This document shows, piece by piece, positions 56,432 through 64,000 of a stretch of 64,000 nt of DNA (its first letter is position 1; the number at the start of each line of letters is the position of its first letter). Origin of the DNA: an uncultured Candidatus Saccharibacteria bacterium (GTDB lineage Bacteria > Patescibacteriota > Doudnabacteria > UBA920); NCBI GenBank assembly GCA_964612745.1, contig CAZTCH010000001.1, positions 6,074 to 70,073 of the forward strand, written 5' to 3'. The notes under the pieces are model-generated. The model was not told the DNA's origin, did not search any database, and was given only the letters and a program-made list of their open reading frames with translations. Made by a program: the position numbers and the translations under genes.

Positions 56432-56797
56432 ATGAACAGAGAAGGGCTGGGCATGGGAGGGTATGAAGAAGACCCTGAACAGTTTAAAGCTGAAAGGCGT
56501 GAGACCCCCGTTTTAAGCGCAAAGATGCAACTGATACAAGTTTTGAAAAGAGAAGGTTCTGAGCTCCTCCAGCGACCACGGTTTGCCAATTTGGAAGAGG
56601 ATTTTGACCTTTTGGCAGACACGATTTCTAATAATGCCGATCGTGACCTCACAACGCTGACTTCTGAGCAAGTGAGTGAGTTAGAAGGTATGATATCGGA
56701 TGCCATAGATGGTGAAAACTATTCTGTAAAGACAGGGTTTCAGTCAGGTGTCATGACAGAGCTAGGGAAAAAAATTCGGGCAGCGAAGTGGGATTAA
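56432..56797 (+). CDS. Hypothetical protein
   Basis: 121-aa acidic ORF co-oriented with neighbours. Confidence 0.55.
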   Translation: MNREGLGMGGYEEDPEQFKAERRETPVLSAKMQLIQVLKREGSELLQRPRFANLEEDFDLLADTISNNADRDLTTLTSEQVSELEGMISDAIDGENYSVKTGFQSGVMTELGKKIRAAKWD

Positions 56798-56825
56798 CAC
56801 GTTTATTCCCTTTTTAAAACAAAAA

Positions 56826-57992
56826 ATGAATTTAGAATATTACAATACGCCAGCGCCAGAAAGTTTGCAGGTGCAACTGCTTCCAAAAGAGTTACCGGCG
56901 TTTTTGTCCTATCGTCCAGACTTTGCGCTGTTAGAGGAACTGCAGAAAGAATATGCACAGTACAAAAAAATTGTAGTGATTGGCCACGGGGGAAGTATTA
57001 CTTCTTTTTTGGGTATGTACACATCGCTCTGCGCTCACTCTGGTGTAGAAGTGTTTTTCTTGAATACGGTGGACGCAGATTATATTGCCTCAGTACGCAG
57101 CGCGACAACTCCACAGGACACACTTGTGCTTGCCGTGAGTAAGTCCGGAGAAACGATTACGCTGTTTGAAGTTTTAAGTCAATTTGCAGACTACCCACTC
57201 GTGTGTCTGACCGAAGCGGGGAGTCCTCTGGCGCAAGCGGCGGAAAAGTTAGGGGCGCGTGTAGTGGCGCACCCTGCAATCGGTGGTCGGTTTACGGGAG
57301 TGACCGAAGTAGGGTTGTTGCCAGCGGTTTTGTGTGGGGTAGACGTAGCTACAGTATTTGCAGGAGCGGCGGAGTTGTATAAGCAGTTTCAGAAAGACAA
57401 TCTTGCATGGAAAGCTGCAAGTATCTTGTGGCAGTTGGAGCAAAAAGGATTTGTAGATGTGTTTCTTCCTGTGTACAGCAGAGGGCTGTATGGTTTGGCG
57501 CAACTATTTGTACAACTGTGCCACGAAAGTTATGGAAAAGAAGGTCGGGGACAAACATTTTTAGCAAGTGAAGCGCCTGAGTCACAGCACCATACAAACC
57601 AACGATTTTTTGGTGGGCGAAAAAACATGTGTGGCTTTTTTGTGACCACCGAAGCAACAAGTGAGAGTATTGTGCGATACCCTGCGAGCCTGCACAGTAT
57701 TCCAGTACACGGGAGACATCTTGCAGACATGAATGGACTCTCGCTCAAGCAGGCGATGCAGGCTGAATGGCAAGGAACGCTCGATGACGCGCGGCTCAAG
57801 AACATGCCTGTGTTGCACCTGAGTACAGCAGTGGTAGATGCCAGAAATGTGGGTAGACAAATTGCTTTTTGGCAACTTGTGGCAGTCTATGGTGCGCTCC
57901 TGCGGGGTGTGGACCCATTTTCCCAGCCACAAGTAGAATCGAGCAAACTACTGAGCGTCACCAAACGCCTGTCTCTGCTCGGTTTGGCGTAA
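56826..57992 (+). CDS. pgi: Glucose-6-phosphate isomerase-like (SIS) protein
   Basis: IGHGGS, VSKSGET, IGGRF, QLCHESYGK, DPFSQPQVESSK. Confidence 0.8.
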   Translation: MNLEYYNTPAPESLQVQLLPKELPAFLSYRPDFALLEELQKEYAQYKKIVVIGHGGSITSFLGMYTSLCAHSGVEVFFLNTVDADYIASVRSATTPQDTLVLAVSKSGETITLFEVLSQFADYPLVCLTEAGSPLAQAAEKLGARVVAHPAIGGRFTGVTEVGLLPAVLCGVDVATVFAGAAELYKQFQKDNLAWKAASILWQLEQKGFVDVFLPVYSRGLYGLAQLFVQLCHESYGKEGRGQTFLASEAPESQHHTNQRFFGGRKNMCGFFVTTEATSESIVRYPASLHSIPVHGRHLADMNGLSLKQAMQAEWQGTLDDARLKNMPVLHLSTAVVDARNVGRQIAFWQLVAVYGALLRGVDPFSQPQVESSKLLSVTKRLSLLGLA

Positions 57993-58061
57993 GCGGGGCT
58001 GTTTGACGCACCCGAAGTAGCTGCTATTATGAATACATCTGTATAAGTAGTACCACTGTCC

Positions 58062-59726
58062 ATGTACAAAACGCTGTATTTCAATATTGAAGATGACATA
58101 AAAACCATTACGGGTAGAATCCAAACCGAAACTCTGAGCGAGTTTGTTTTGGTGTTTCCGCGCAGGTCGTATATTTTTTCTGATCCGCTTAACTTAAAAA
58201 TGCTCAAAAAGCAGCTTGATATTTTGAAAAAGCAAGCGCGCATTATGACCATGGACGAACGGGGGCAGCAAGCCGCCACCAGTGCGGGGTTTACGCTCGA
58301 GCAAGTGCCAGTCAGGCGTCCTCGAAGCGCGGCTTCGGATATGGCAGTTGTGGGTAGGCCAGCTGCAGCAGTAGCTGGTGCAGGAGAGTCAGTTCCAGAG
58401 CAACAGCCAGTAGCTCCAGTAGCACCAGTAACGCCACCAGCAACAAAGCCGGTAGTGGCGAAGGTGACTCCTCCGACAAAGCCAATCCCACAAGTGCAAG
58501 TTCGCGACACTATATTTTCTGAAGTGCCACGGAAGTCAGGGGTAGAAACAGAGCTAATTCGGGGTAGGGCAGAGTCAAAGCGCAAGACCGTGCTTGCTGT
58601 GTTGGGTGCGGCAATTGTGCTTGCCTTGGTTGGGGTATTTGCTCTGGTGTTTGTGTTACCCAGTGCAGACGTAACGGTAGTGCCTACATCGGAATCTGTG
58701 GTGCGCGATATGGAGCTCACACTCGCGGTGCAAACACAAACTGCAGATGTTGCTACGCTTGCGCTGCCAGCAATGTTTTCCGACGTGGCCGCTCCAGTCG
58801 AAAAGAAGATAGATACTTTAGGGAAAAAAGAAGTAGGTACAGCCGCCGCGGGTACGGTACGGATTTTTAATTTGACCGGAGCGCCTATTAACTTGCGTGC
58901 AGGAACCACCAAGTTGTCTGCTTCGGGTAGAACTTTTGTGTTTCGGAAAGACCAAAACTACATAAAAGCAGTAACCAAAGCAGGTTTAACCAACCCTAAT
59001 GCAGGGCAAGTGGCCGAAGTCGTTGCAGAAGTAGCGGGTGACGCGGGAAATTTGGCCGTGGGTACAAAGCTAGAGATCTCGAACCAAGTATTTGGGAATA
59101 AACCAGACCAACTCTATGCTGTCGTGGAAGAAGCGTTTGTTGGTGGCAGTTCCAGGTTTGTTTCTGTGGTGGAAGAACAGGACATTACCAAAGCTCAAGA
59201 AAACCTCATGAATACGGCAGTTGACGCATTGGCCGCAGAGCTCAAGACGCAGGGGCGTCTTTTGGCCGAAAGTGCATATAGTGCAGAAATAAGTGACTTT
59301 AGTACAGACAAGCCAGCGGGGACAGAAGCCACCAGTTTTGTTGCAAAAGGGACAGTGCGGGTGCGTGGGCTTTCTTTTGAGCCTGTTGGGCTGACTGACT
59401 TAGTCCGCCGAAGGGTGACCCAAGTCTTGCCCCAAACGGGCAAGTTGCAGGCTGTGGATAAAGATACTATGAATTTCCGAGTAAAGCGCTTAGATTTGGC
59501 TGGGGGCGAGATGAGCTTGATGGTACATTTGGAAACCCGCATGTTTAAAACGCTCGACACGAAAATGGTAACCGATAAAATCCAAGGTAAAAAAGTGGCA
59601 GATGCGGAAAAAAGCCTTATAGAAACGCAAGATATAGAAAAAGTCTCGTTTTCTTTGTGGCCCAGCTGGTTTAAGAACGTCCCAAGACTCGCATCGCGGA
59701 TCTCGGTTACGTTGTCAGAAGAGTAG
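58062..59726 (+). CDS. Membrane-anchored protein with baseplate-J-like region
   Basis: N-terminal domain, Pro-rich linker, TM helix, AAGTVRIFN...AEVAGDAGN...FVGGS. Confidence 0.6.
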   Translation: MYKTLYFNIEDDIKTITGRIQTETLSEFVLVFPRRSYIFSDPLNLKMLKKQLDILKKQARIMTMDERGQQAATSAGFTLEQVPVRRPRSAASDMAVVGRPAAAVAGAGESVPEQQPVAPVAPVTPPATKPVVAKVTPPTKPIPQVQVRDTIFSEVPRKSGVETELIRGRAESKRKTVLAVLGAAIVLALVGVFALVFVLPSADVTVVPTSESVVRDMELTLAVQTQTADVATLALPAMFSDVAAPVEKKIDTLGKKEVGTAAAGTVRIFNLTGAPINLRAGTTKLSASGRTFVFRKDQNYIKAVTKAGLTNPNAGQVAEVVAEVAGDAGNLAVGTKLEISNQVFGNKPDQLYAVVEEAFVGGSSRFVSVVEEQDITKAQENLMNTAVDALAAELKTQGRLLAESAYSAEISDFSTDKPAGTEATSFVAKGTVRVRGLSFEPVGLTDLVRRRVTQVLPQTGKLQAVDKDTMNFRVKRLDLAGGEMSLMVHLETRMFKTLDTKMVTDKIQGKKVADAEKSLIETQDIEKVSFSLWPSWFKNVPRLASRISVTLSEE

Positions 59727-59751
59727 TTTGTGTGTTTTGTATAGTATTTTA

Positions 59752-59781
59752 TTGACACATCTGCAGCTCATATGATAAAAT
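59752..59781 (+). promoter_or_regulatory. Sigma70 promoter of the infA-alpha operon
   Basis: TTGACA-18 bp-TAAAAT with TGn. Confidence 0.65.
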
Positions 59782-59863
59782 AAGACATCTGTCATTTAAC
59801 CGCATAAATAAGACTATTTCCAGCAGAACACCCGATTTTGGGAAGCGCCAGACAAATAAAGAT

Positions 59864-60067
59864 GTGATCGAACTAGAGGGGAAGATTATAGAGAGCTTGC
59901 CCAATGCCATTTTTCGTGTCCAATTGGACTCGGGACAGATGGTCTTGGGGCATTTGGCTGGCAAAATGCGTGTGAATATGATTCGAGTTTTGCCGGGTGA
60001 TAGGGTGATTATTGCAATGACCCCATACGACCTCCAAAAAGGCCGTATTATAAGAAGATTAAGATAA
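59864..60067 (+). CDS. infA: Translation initiation factor IF-1 (true start may lie upstream)
   Basis: [20 protein letters not shown]...GKMR...PYDLQKGRI. Confidence 0.95.
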   Translation: MIELEGKIIESLPNAIFRVQLDSGQMVLGHLAGKMRVNMIRVLPGDRVIIAMTPYDLQKGRIIRRLR

Positions 60068-60173
60068 TTCATCCACGGATGCGCCGATAACACGGATTGC
60101 ATAGATTGGTACTGAGCCTTTGGCCGCTACTTGTCTGTGATATCCGTATAATCCGTGTATTTGTGTAACTACT

Positions 60174-60287
60174 ATGAAAGTAAAAGCAAGCGTTAAGCCG
60201 CGATGTAAAGATTGCAAAATAGTGAAGCGCTTTGGCCGAGTCTACGTGATTTGCAAGACTCCAAAGCACAAACAGCGACAAGGCTAG
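60174..60287 (+). CDS. rpmJ: 50S ribosomal protein L36
   Basis: Manual translation [37 protein letters not shown]. Confidence 0.97.
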   Translation: MKVKASVKPRCKDCKIVKRFGRVYVICKTPKHKQRQG

Positions 60288-60370
60288 TGGTCTCGCCTGA
60301 ATTACTGGTTTAGGCACACACTTGAAGCTCCGACGTAATTCACTATCCAATATTTGTAATTTCAATTTTT

Positions 60371-60760
60371 ATGGCACGTATAGCAGGGATTAACATTCCA
60401 AACGAAAAAAGAATAGAAGCAGCACTTCCATACATCTACGGTGTTGGTCCAAGCAATACCAAAGCAATTTTGACTGCAACAAAGATTGATGCAGACAAAC
60501 GGACCAAGGATTTGACCGAAGCAGAGCTCGGGCTTATCCGCGACTACATCGACAAGAACATCAAAGTCGAAGGTCAGTTGCGCCAACAAGTGCTCTTGAA
60601 CATCAAGCGCTTGAAAGAAGTTGGGTCTTACCGTGGTATTCGCCACATTCGCAGCCTTCCTGTCCGTGGGCAGCGTACCAAAACTAACTCCCGTACTCGT
60701 CATGGTAACGTCCGCCGCACTGCTGGCAGCGGTCGCAAGAAATCCTCTGACAAGACCTAA
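60371..60760 (+). CDS. rpsM: 30S ribosomal protein S13
   Basis: [24 protein letters not shown]. Confidence 0.98.
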   Translation: MARIAGINIPNEKRIEAALPYIYGVGPSNTKAILTATKIDADKRTKDLTEAELGLIRDYIDKNIKVEGQLRQQVLLNIKRLKEVGSYRGIRHIRSLPVRGQRTKTNSRTRHGNVRRTAGSGRKKSSDKT

Positions 60761-60844
60761 TCGTTAAGGGGTTTATAAAGTTCATAAAGTTTGACGCATT
60801 ACTTTAAGAGCTTTCCACTTTATAAACGTTATAAACTAATTTTT

Positions 60845-61297
60845 ATGGCTGAAGAAATAGTATCCACAACTGAACAAACTCCGGCGGTCGACGCAAAGAC
60901 CGACCTTGCTTCCAAGATTAAAGGTGGTCGCAAGAAAAAGAGTAAAGCAAAAGTAACCAAAGGTCGTATGTACATCACTGCTACATACAACAACACTATC
61001 ATTAGTGTGACTGACCAAACTGGTAACGTGCTTGCATGGGGTAGCAGCGGTCGCACAGGGTTTAAGGGTTCTAAGAAATCCACTCCTTACGCAGGACAGC
61101 GCACCATGGAAGACTTGCTCACTCGAGTAAAAGACAGAGGTTTAGTAGAAGTTGATGTCTTTATTAAAGGTGTGGGAACAAGTCGTGAGTCTGCGGTACG
61201 TGCTTTGCAAGGCTCAGGAATGACCGTTCTGTCCATTAAGGATATGACCCCTGTGGCACACGGTGGCATTCGCCCAAAGAAAGTCAGACGTATCTAG
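60845..61297 (+). CDS. rpsK: 30S ribosomal protein S11
   Basis: ATYNNTI, GFKGSKKSTPYA, DMTPVAHGG. Confidence 0.97.
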   Translation: MAEEIVSTTEQTPAVDAKTDLASKIKGGRKKKSKAKVTKGRMYITATYNNTIISVTDQTGNVLAWGSSGRTGFKGSKKSTPYAGQRTMEDLLTRVKDRGLVEVDVFIKGVGTSRESAVRALQGSGMTVLSIKDMTPVAHGGIRPKKVRRI

Positions 61298-61344
61298 TCT
61301 AACGCTCGAAACACTATTACTTTAATCAACTTTTAACTTACAGT

Positions 61345-61953
61345 ATGAGATATACAGGACCACGTGGTAAACGGGCACGTCGACTTGGACAAGCCTTTAC
61401 CAACAAAGAAGCGGCTGTATTGCGCCGCCGCAGTCAGCCCCCAGGGCAACATACCGACCCAAGAGGACGCCTTTCCGAATTCGGATTGCAACTCAAAGAG
61501 AAGCAGAAAGCTAAGTTTGCCTACGGTGTACAAGAAAAGCAGTTCTATAGCTACTTCTTGAAAGCACAAAACAGACCTGGTGTTACTGGTGCAAACTTGT
61601 TGCAGATTCTTGAACAACGACTCGATAACGTTGTCTACCGACTCGGTTTTGCGGAAACCAGAGCTCAGGCTCGCCAATTGGTTTCCCACGGATTCTTCCA
61701 AGTCAATGGTAAGCGCGTTACTATTCCTTCCTACTCGGTACGAGTTGGGGACATAGTCAGCGTTGGAGCAACCAAGGCAAAGACGAAGTACATGCAAGCA
61801 GCGGCCACTAAACTCAAAGCTGCGCAGTGTCCTGACTGGCTCGACATGCAAGTCGCAGACATGAAAGCAAAAGTACTGAGCCAGCCAACCGCAGAAGACA
61901 TGGATAAGGCGATTAATACGCAGCTTATCATCGAACACTATAGCCGCATTTAA
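61345..61953 (+). CDS. rpsD: 30S ribosomal protein S4
   Basis: MRYTGP, PPGQH, LEQRLDNVVYRLG, IIEHYSR. Confidence 0.97.
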   Translation: MRYTGPRGKRARRLGQAFTNKEAAVLRRRSQPPGQHTDPRGRLSEFGLQLKEKQKAKFAYGVQEKQFYSYFLKAQNRPGVTGANLLQILEQRLDNVVYRLGFAETRAQARQLVSHGFFQVNGKRVTIPSYSVRVGDIVSVGATKAKTKYMQAAATKLKAAQCPDWLDMQVADMKAKVLSQPTAEDMDKAINTQLIIEHYSRI

Positions 61954-62095
61954 TAATTAAATTCGAAGTACGAAATCCGAAATTCGAAACAGTATATATT
62001 CGAATTTCCCAAATTCAAACACTATTAGTATTTGAGGTTGAGGTAAAAGAATTTGTTTCGGGTTTCGACATTCGATAATCGAATTTGTAAAAATT

Positions 62096-63034
62096 ATGGA
62101 AGCTCTCTCTCTTCCCAATCAAGCCAAAGTCGAAAGTCTTGGCAACAATCGATATGCGGTAACTCTCGAACCTTTGCATCCAGGGTACGGGGTTACTATA
62201 GGTAACACGTTGCGTCGCGTATTGCTTTCGAGCATGCCTGGTGCTGCAGTCACAGCGGTCAAAATTCGTTTTGCAGATCATGAATTTTCTACTGTGCCAA
62301 ACGTGAAAGAAGATGTTGTACAGATTATTTTAAATCTGAAGCAGCTTCGCTTAAAGTGTTTCTCTGCTGAACCAGTCAAGGTGAGCATTAAGGTAAAAGG
62401 TGAACGCGTGGTAACCGCTGCAGATATTCAGACTGGTGACCAAGTAGAAATCATCAACACCGATTTGCACATTGCAACTCTGGATGGCAAAAATGCTGAG
62501 CTCGACATGGAGCTCACCGTCGAACAAGGACGAGGTTACGTTCCTGTAGAAGCTCGCGAAACAGAACGCCACGAACTCGGTGTACTCGCAGTTGATGCTA
62601 TCTTTACCCCTGTACGCGCTGTATTCTTCGATGTTACCAACGTTCGCGTTGGACAAATGACCAACTTTGAAAAGTTGTCCATGAACATTGAAACAGATGG
62701 CACGCTCACTGGTGGCGAAGCAGTAGACATTGCTGCGCACATCTTGGTTGACCACTTTAGCATGTTGTTTGGTGGGGTTGCCCCAGTACTCACTGCTGCT
62801 CCAGTTGCCGAAGAAGCAGAAGAAGCAGTCGAAGAAGACGCGGCAGATGTTGCTGCTGAACCAAGCGATTTAGACTCCTTTAGCCTTTCTAACCGAGCAA
62901 AGAATGCACTTCTGAAGTACGGTGTTGTTTCTGCAGAACAGCTGAAAGCATTACCAAGCGAAGAAATAGCCACAATCCCTGGTCTTGGCAAAAAGACTAT
63001 CACAGAGATTATGATGCTGTTAGGAAGAGAATAA
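62096..63034 (+). CDS. rpoA: RNA polymerase alpha subunit
   Basis: EPLHPGYGVTIGNTLRRVLLSS, HEFST, GRGYV, DAIFTPV. Confidence 0.98.
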   Translation: MEALSLPNQAKVESLGNNRYAVTLEPLHPGYGVTIGNTLRRVLLSSMPGAAVTAVKIRFADHEFSTVPNVKEDVVQIILNLKQLRLKCFSAEPVKVSIKVKGERVVTAADIQTGDQVEIINTDLHIATLDGKNAELDMELTVEQGRGYVPVEARETERHELGVLAVDAIFTPVRAVFFDVTNVRVGQMTNFEKLSMNIETDGTLTGGEAVDIAAHILVDHFSMLFGGVAPVLTAAPVAEEAEEAVEEDAADVAAEPSDLDSFSLSNRAKNALLKYGVVSAEQLKALPSEEIATIPGLGKKTITEIMMLLGRE

Positions 63035-63091
63035 TTACCGTGTGCAGCTGCACCGTGCAATACACGAGCCGCTGACCACAACCCTACATTT

Positions 63092-63436
63092 ATGAGACAC
63101 CACAAGAAGAAAAAATTTGGAAAGGGAATGGACCACCGAAGAAAGTTGTTGAGGACTCTTGCTTCTTCTTTGGTGTTGCATGAACGCATCGAGACTACAT
63201 TTGCAAATGCTCGTGCCGTACGACCTTATTTGGAAAAGCTTATTACGAAAGCGAAAGTACAGAGCTTGCATGTGAGACGTCAGTTGATTGCTGATTTGAC
63301 TCGCAACGCTGCAGCAAAAACTTTCGAAGTACTTGGCCCCAAATACACAGAGCGCCCAGGTGGGTATGTACGACTGACTAAGTTAAATGACCCAAAGGCA
63401 GGTTTGTCCCGCGTGGTTGTGGAGCTCGTTGAATAA
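63092..63436 (+). CDS. rplQ: 50S ribosomal protein L17
   Basis: MRHHK, HERIETT, ERPGGYVR. Confidence 0.97.
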   Translation: MRHHKKKKFGKGMDHRRKLLRTLASSLVLHERIETTFANARAVRPYLEKLITKAKVQSLHVRRQLIADLTRNAAAKTFEVLGPKYTERPGGYVRLTKLNDPKAGLSRVVVELVE

Positions 63437-63550
63437 GTTATCCTCGGATGCACGGATAGCACGGATTGCACAGATTGAGCATATGAACATATGCCATCTG
63501 CAAGTAATCTGTGAAGGTCTGTGAAATCCGTGATTCGTGAAATAATTTTT

Positions 63551-63967
63551 ATGAAAGCACAGAAATCTTCCGTTATTACGAAAATCGAACGCACGTGGCA
63601 TGAAGTAGACGCATCTTCCCAAACTGTTGGGCGTGTTGCTACCAGAATTGCTACGCTGCTTCGCGGCAAGCACAAACGCACCTTTACCCCAAATGTGGAC
63701 TGTGGTGATTTTGTGGTCGTGACCAATGTAGACAAGCTAAAATTTACTGGACGGAAGATTGAACAAAAGACCTACTACCGTCACTCTGGATACCTTGGTG
63801 GGTTAAAGAAAACCAGCCTCAAGGTTGCGCTCGAACGCAAGCCAGAATGGGTATTGCGCGAAGCAGTTCGCAGCATGTTGGACGAAGTTCGTTTCCGCAA
63901 GGCCATGCTTGCTCGTATGAAAGTACAAGCTGGAACTGCACATAATTATCCTGTTATTAAGAAGTAA
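63551..63967 (+). CDS. rplM: 50S ribosomal protein L13
   Basis: GRVAT, LRGKHK, TPNVDCGDFVVV, YYRHSGYLGG. Confidence 0.97.
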   Translation: MKAQKSSVITKIERTWHEVDASSQTVGRVATRIATLLRGKHKRTFTPNVDCGDFVVVTNVDKLKFTGRKIEQKTYYRHSGYLGGLKKTSLKVALERKPEWVLREAVRSMLDEVRFRKAMLARMKVQAGTAHNYPVIKK

Positions 63968-63991
63968 CCTCCACTTTAGGACCCATAGCGT

Positions 63992-64000
63992 ATGTCTGAA
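63992..64000 (+). CDS. Probable start of 30S ribosomal protein S9 (3 codons only)
   Basis: ATG TCT GAA after rplM; identity inferred only from the usual rplM-rpsI order. Confidence 0.35.

Noticed and set aside
57887-58912. 341-aa minus-strand ORF and similar long antisense ORFs (19541-20200, 22994-23635, 45164-45844, 62536-63189)
   Set aside because: Shadows of well-supported genes on the opposite strand, with no motifs
58062-59726. Prophage or contractile tail suggested by the baseplate-J-like region
   Set aside because: No other phage genes; the protein is membrane-anchored and sits among housekeeping genes
1-64000. Stop-codon reassignment (TGA as in code 25, or TAA suggested by the TTA tRNA)
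   Set aside because: Conserved genes are full length in code 11 and end in TAA, TAG or TGA at expected positions

Overview
Chromosomal window from a bacterium that is most likely a Patescibacteria/CPR member. This is an inference from the Shine-Dalgarno-less core genes, short AlaRS, CPR-type sortase, baseplate-J-like protein, degenerate HtrA-like protein and dense intergenic palindromes. Genetic code 11 applies: TAA, TAG and TGA all end conserved genes. Contents in order: malic enzyme, DsbA/DsbB, GH1, metal transporters (2 Nramp-like, 2 CaCA, TerC), TruB, a MarR-regulated heterodimeric ABC exporter, a single-Asp AEP primase-like protein, tRNA-Glu, scpA/scpB, aspS with a T-box leader, lgt, sortase, an accessory PBP1A cluster, secreted wall-acting enzymes, a surface-polysaccharide cluster, CtpA, alaS, pgi and the infA-rpmJ-rpsM-rpsK-rpsD-rpoA-rplQ-rplM-(rpsI) operon. 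The most unusual element is a self-contained transcription unit at about 15335-15790. It carries three tRNA-like RNAs with non-canonical anticodon arms (CCA with C37; AAA behind a 52-nt insertion; TTA, which would read a stop codon), followed by a structured RNA, and the whole unit is bracketed by ~50-bp inverted repeats. All calls are by eye; no database search or folding program was run.
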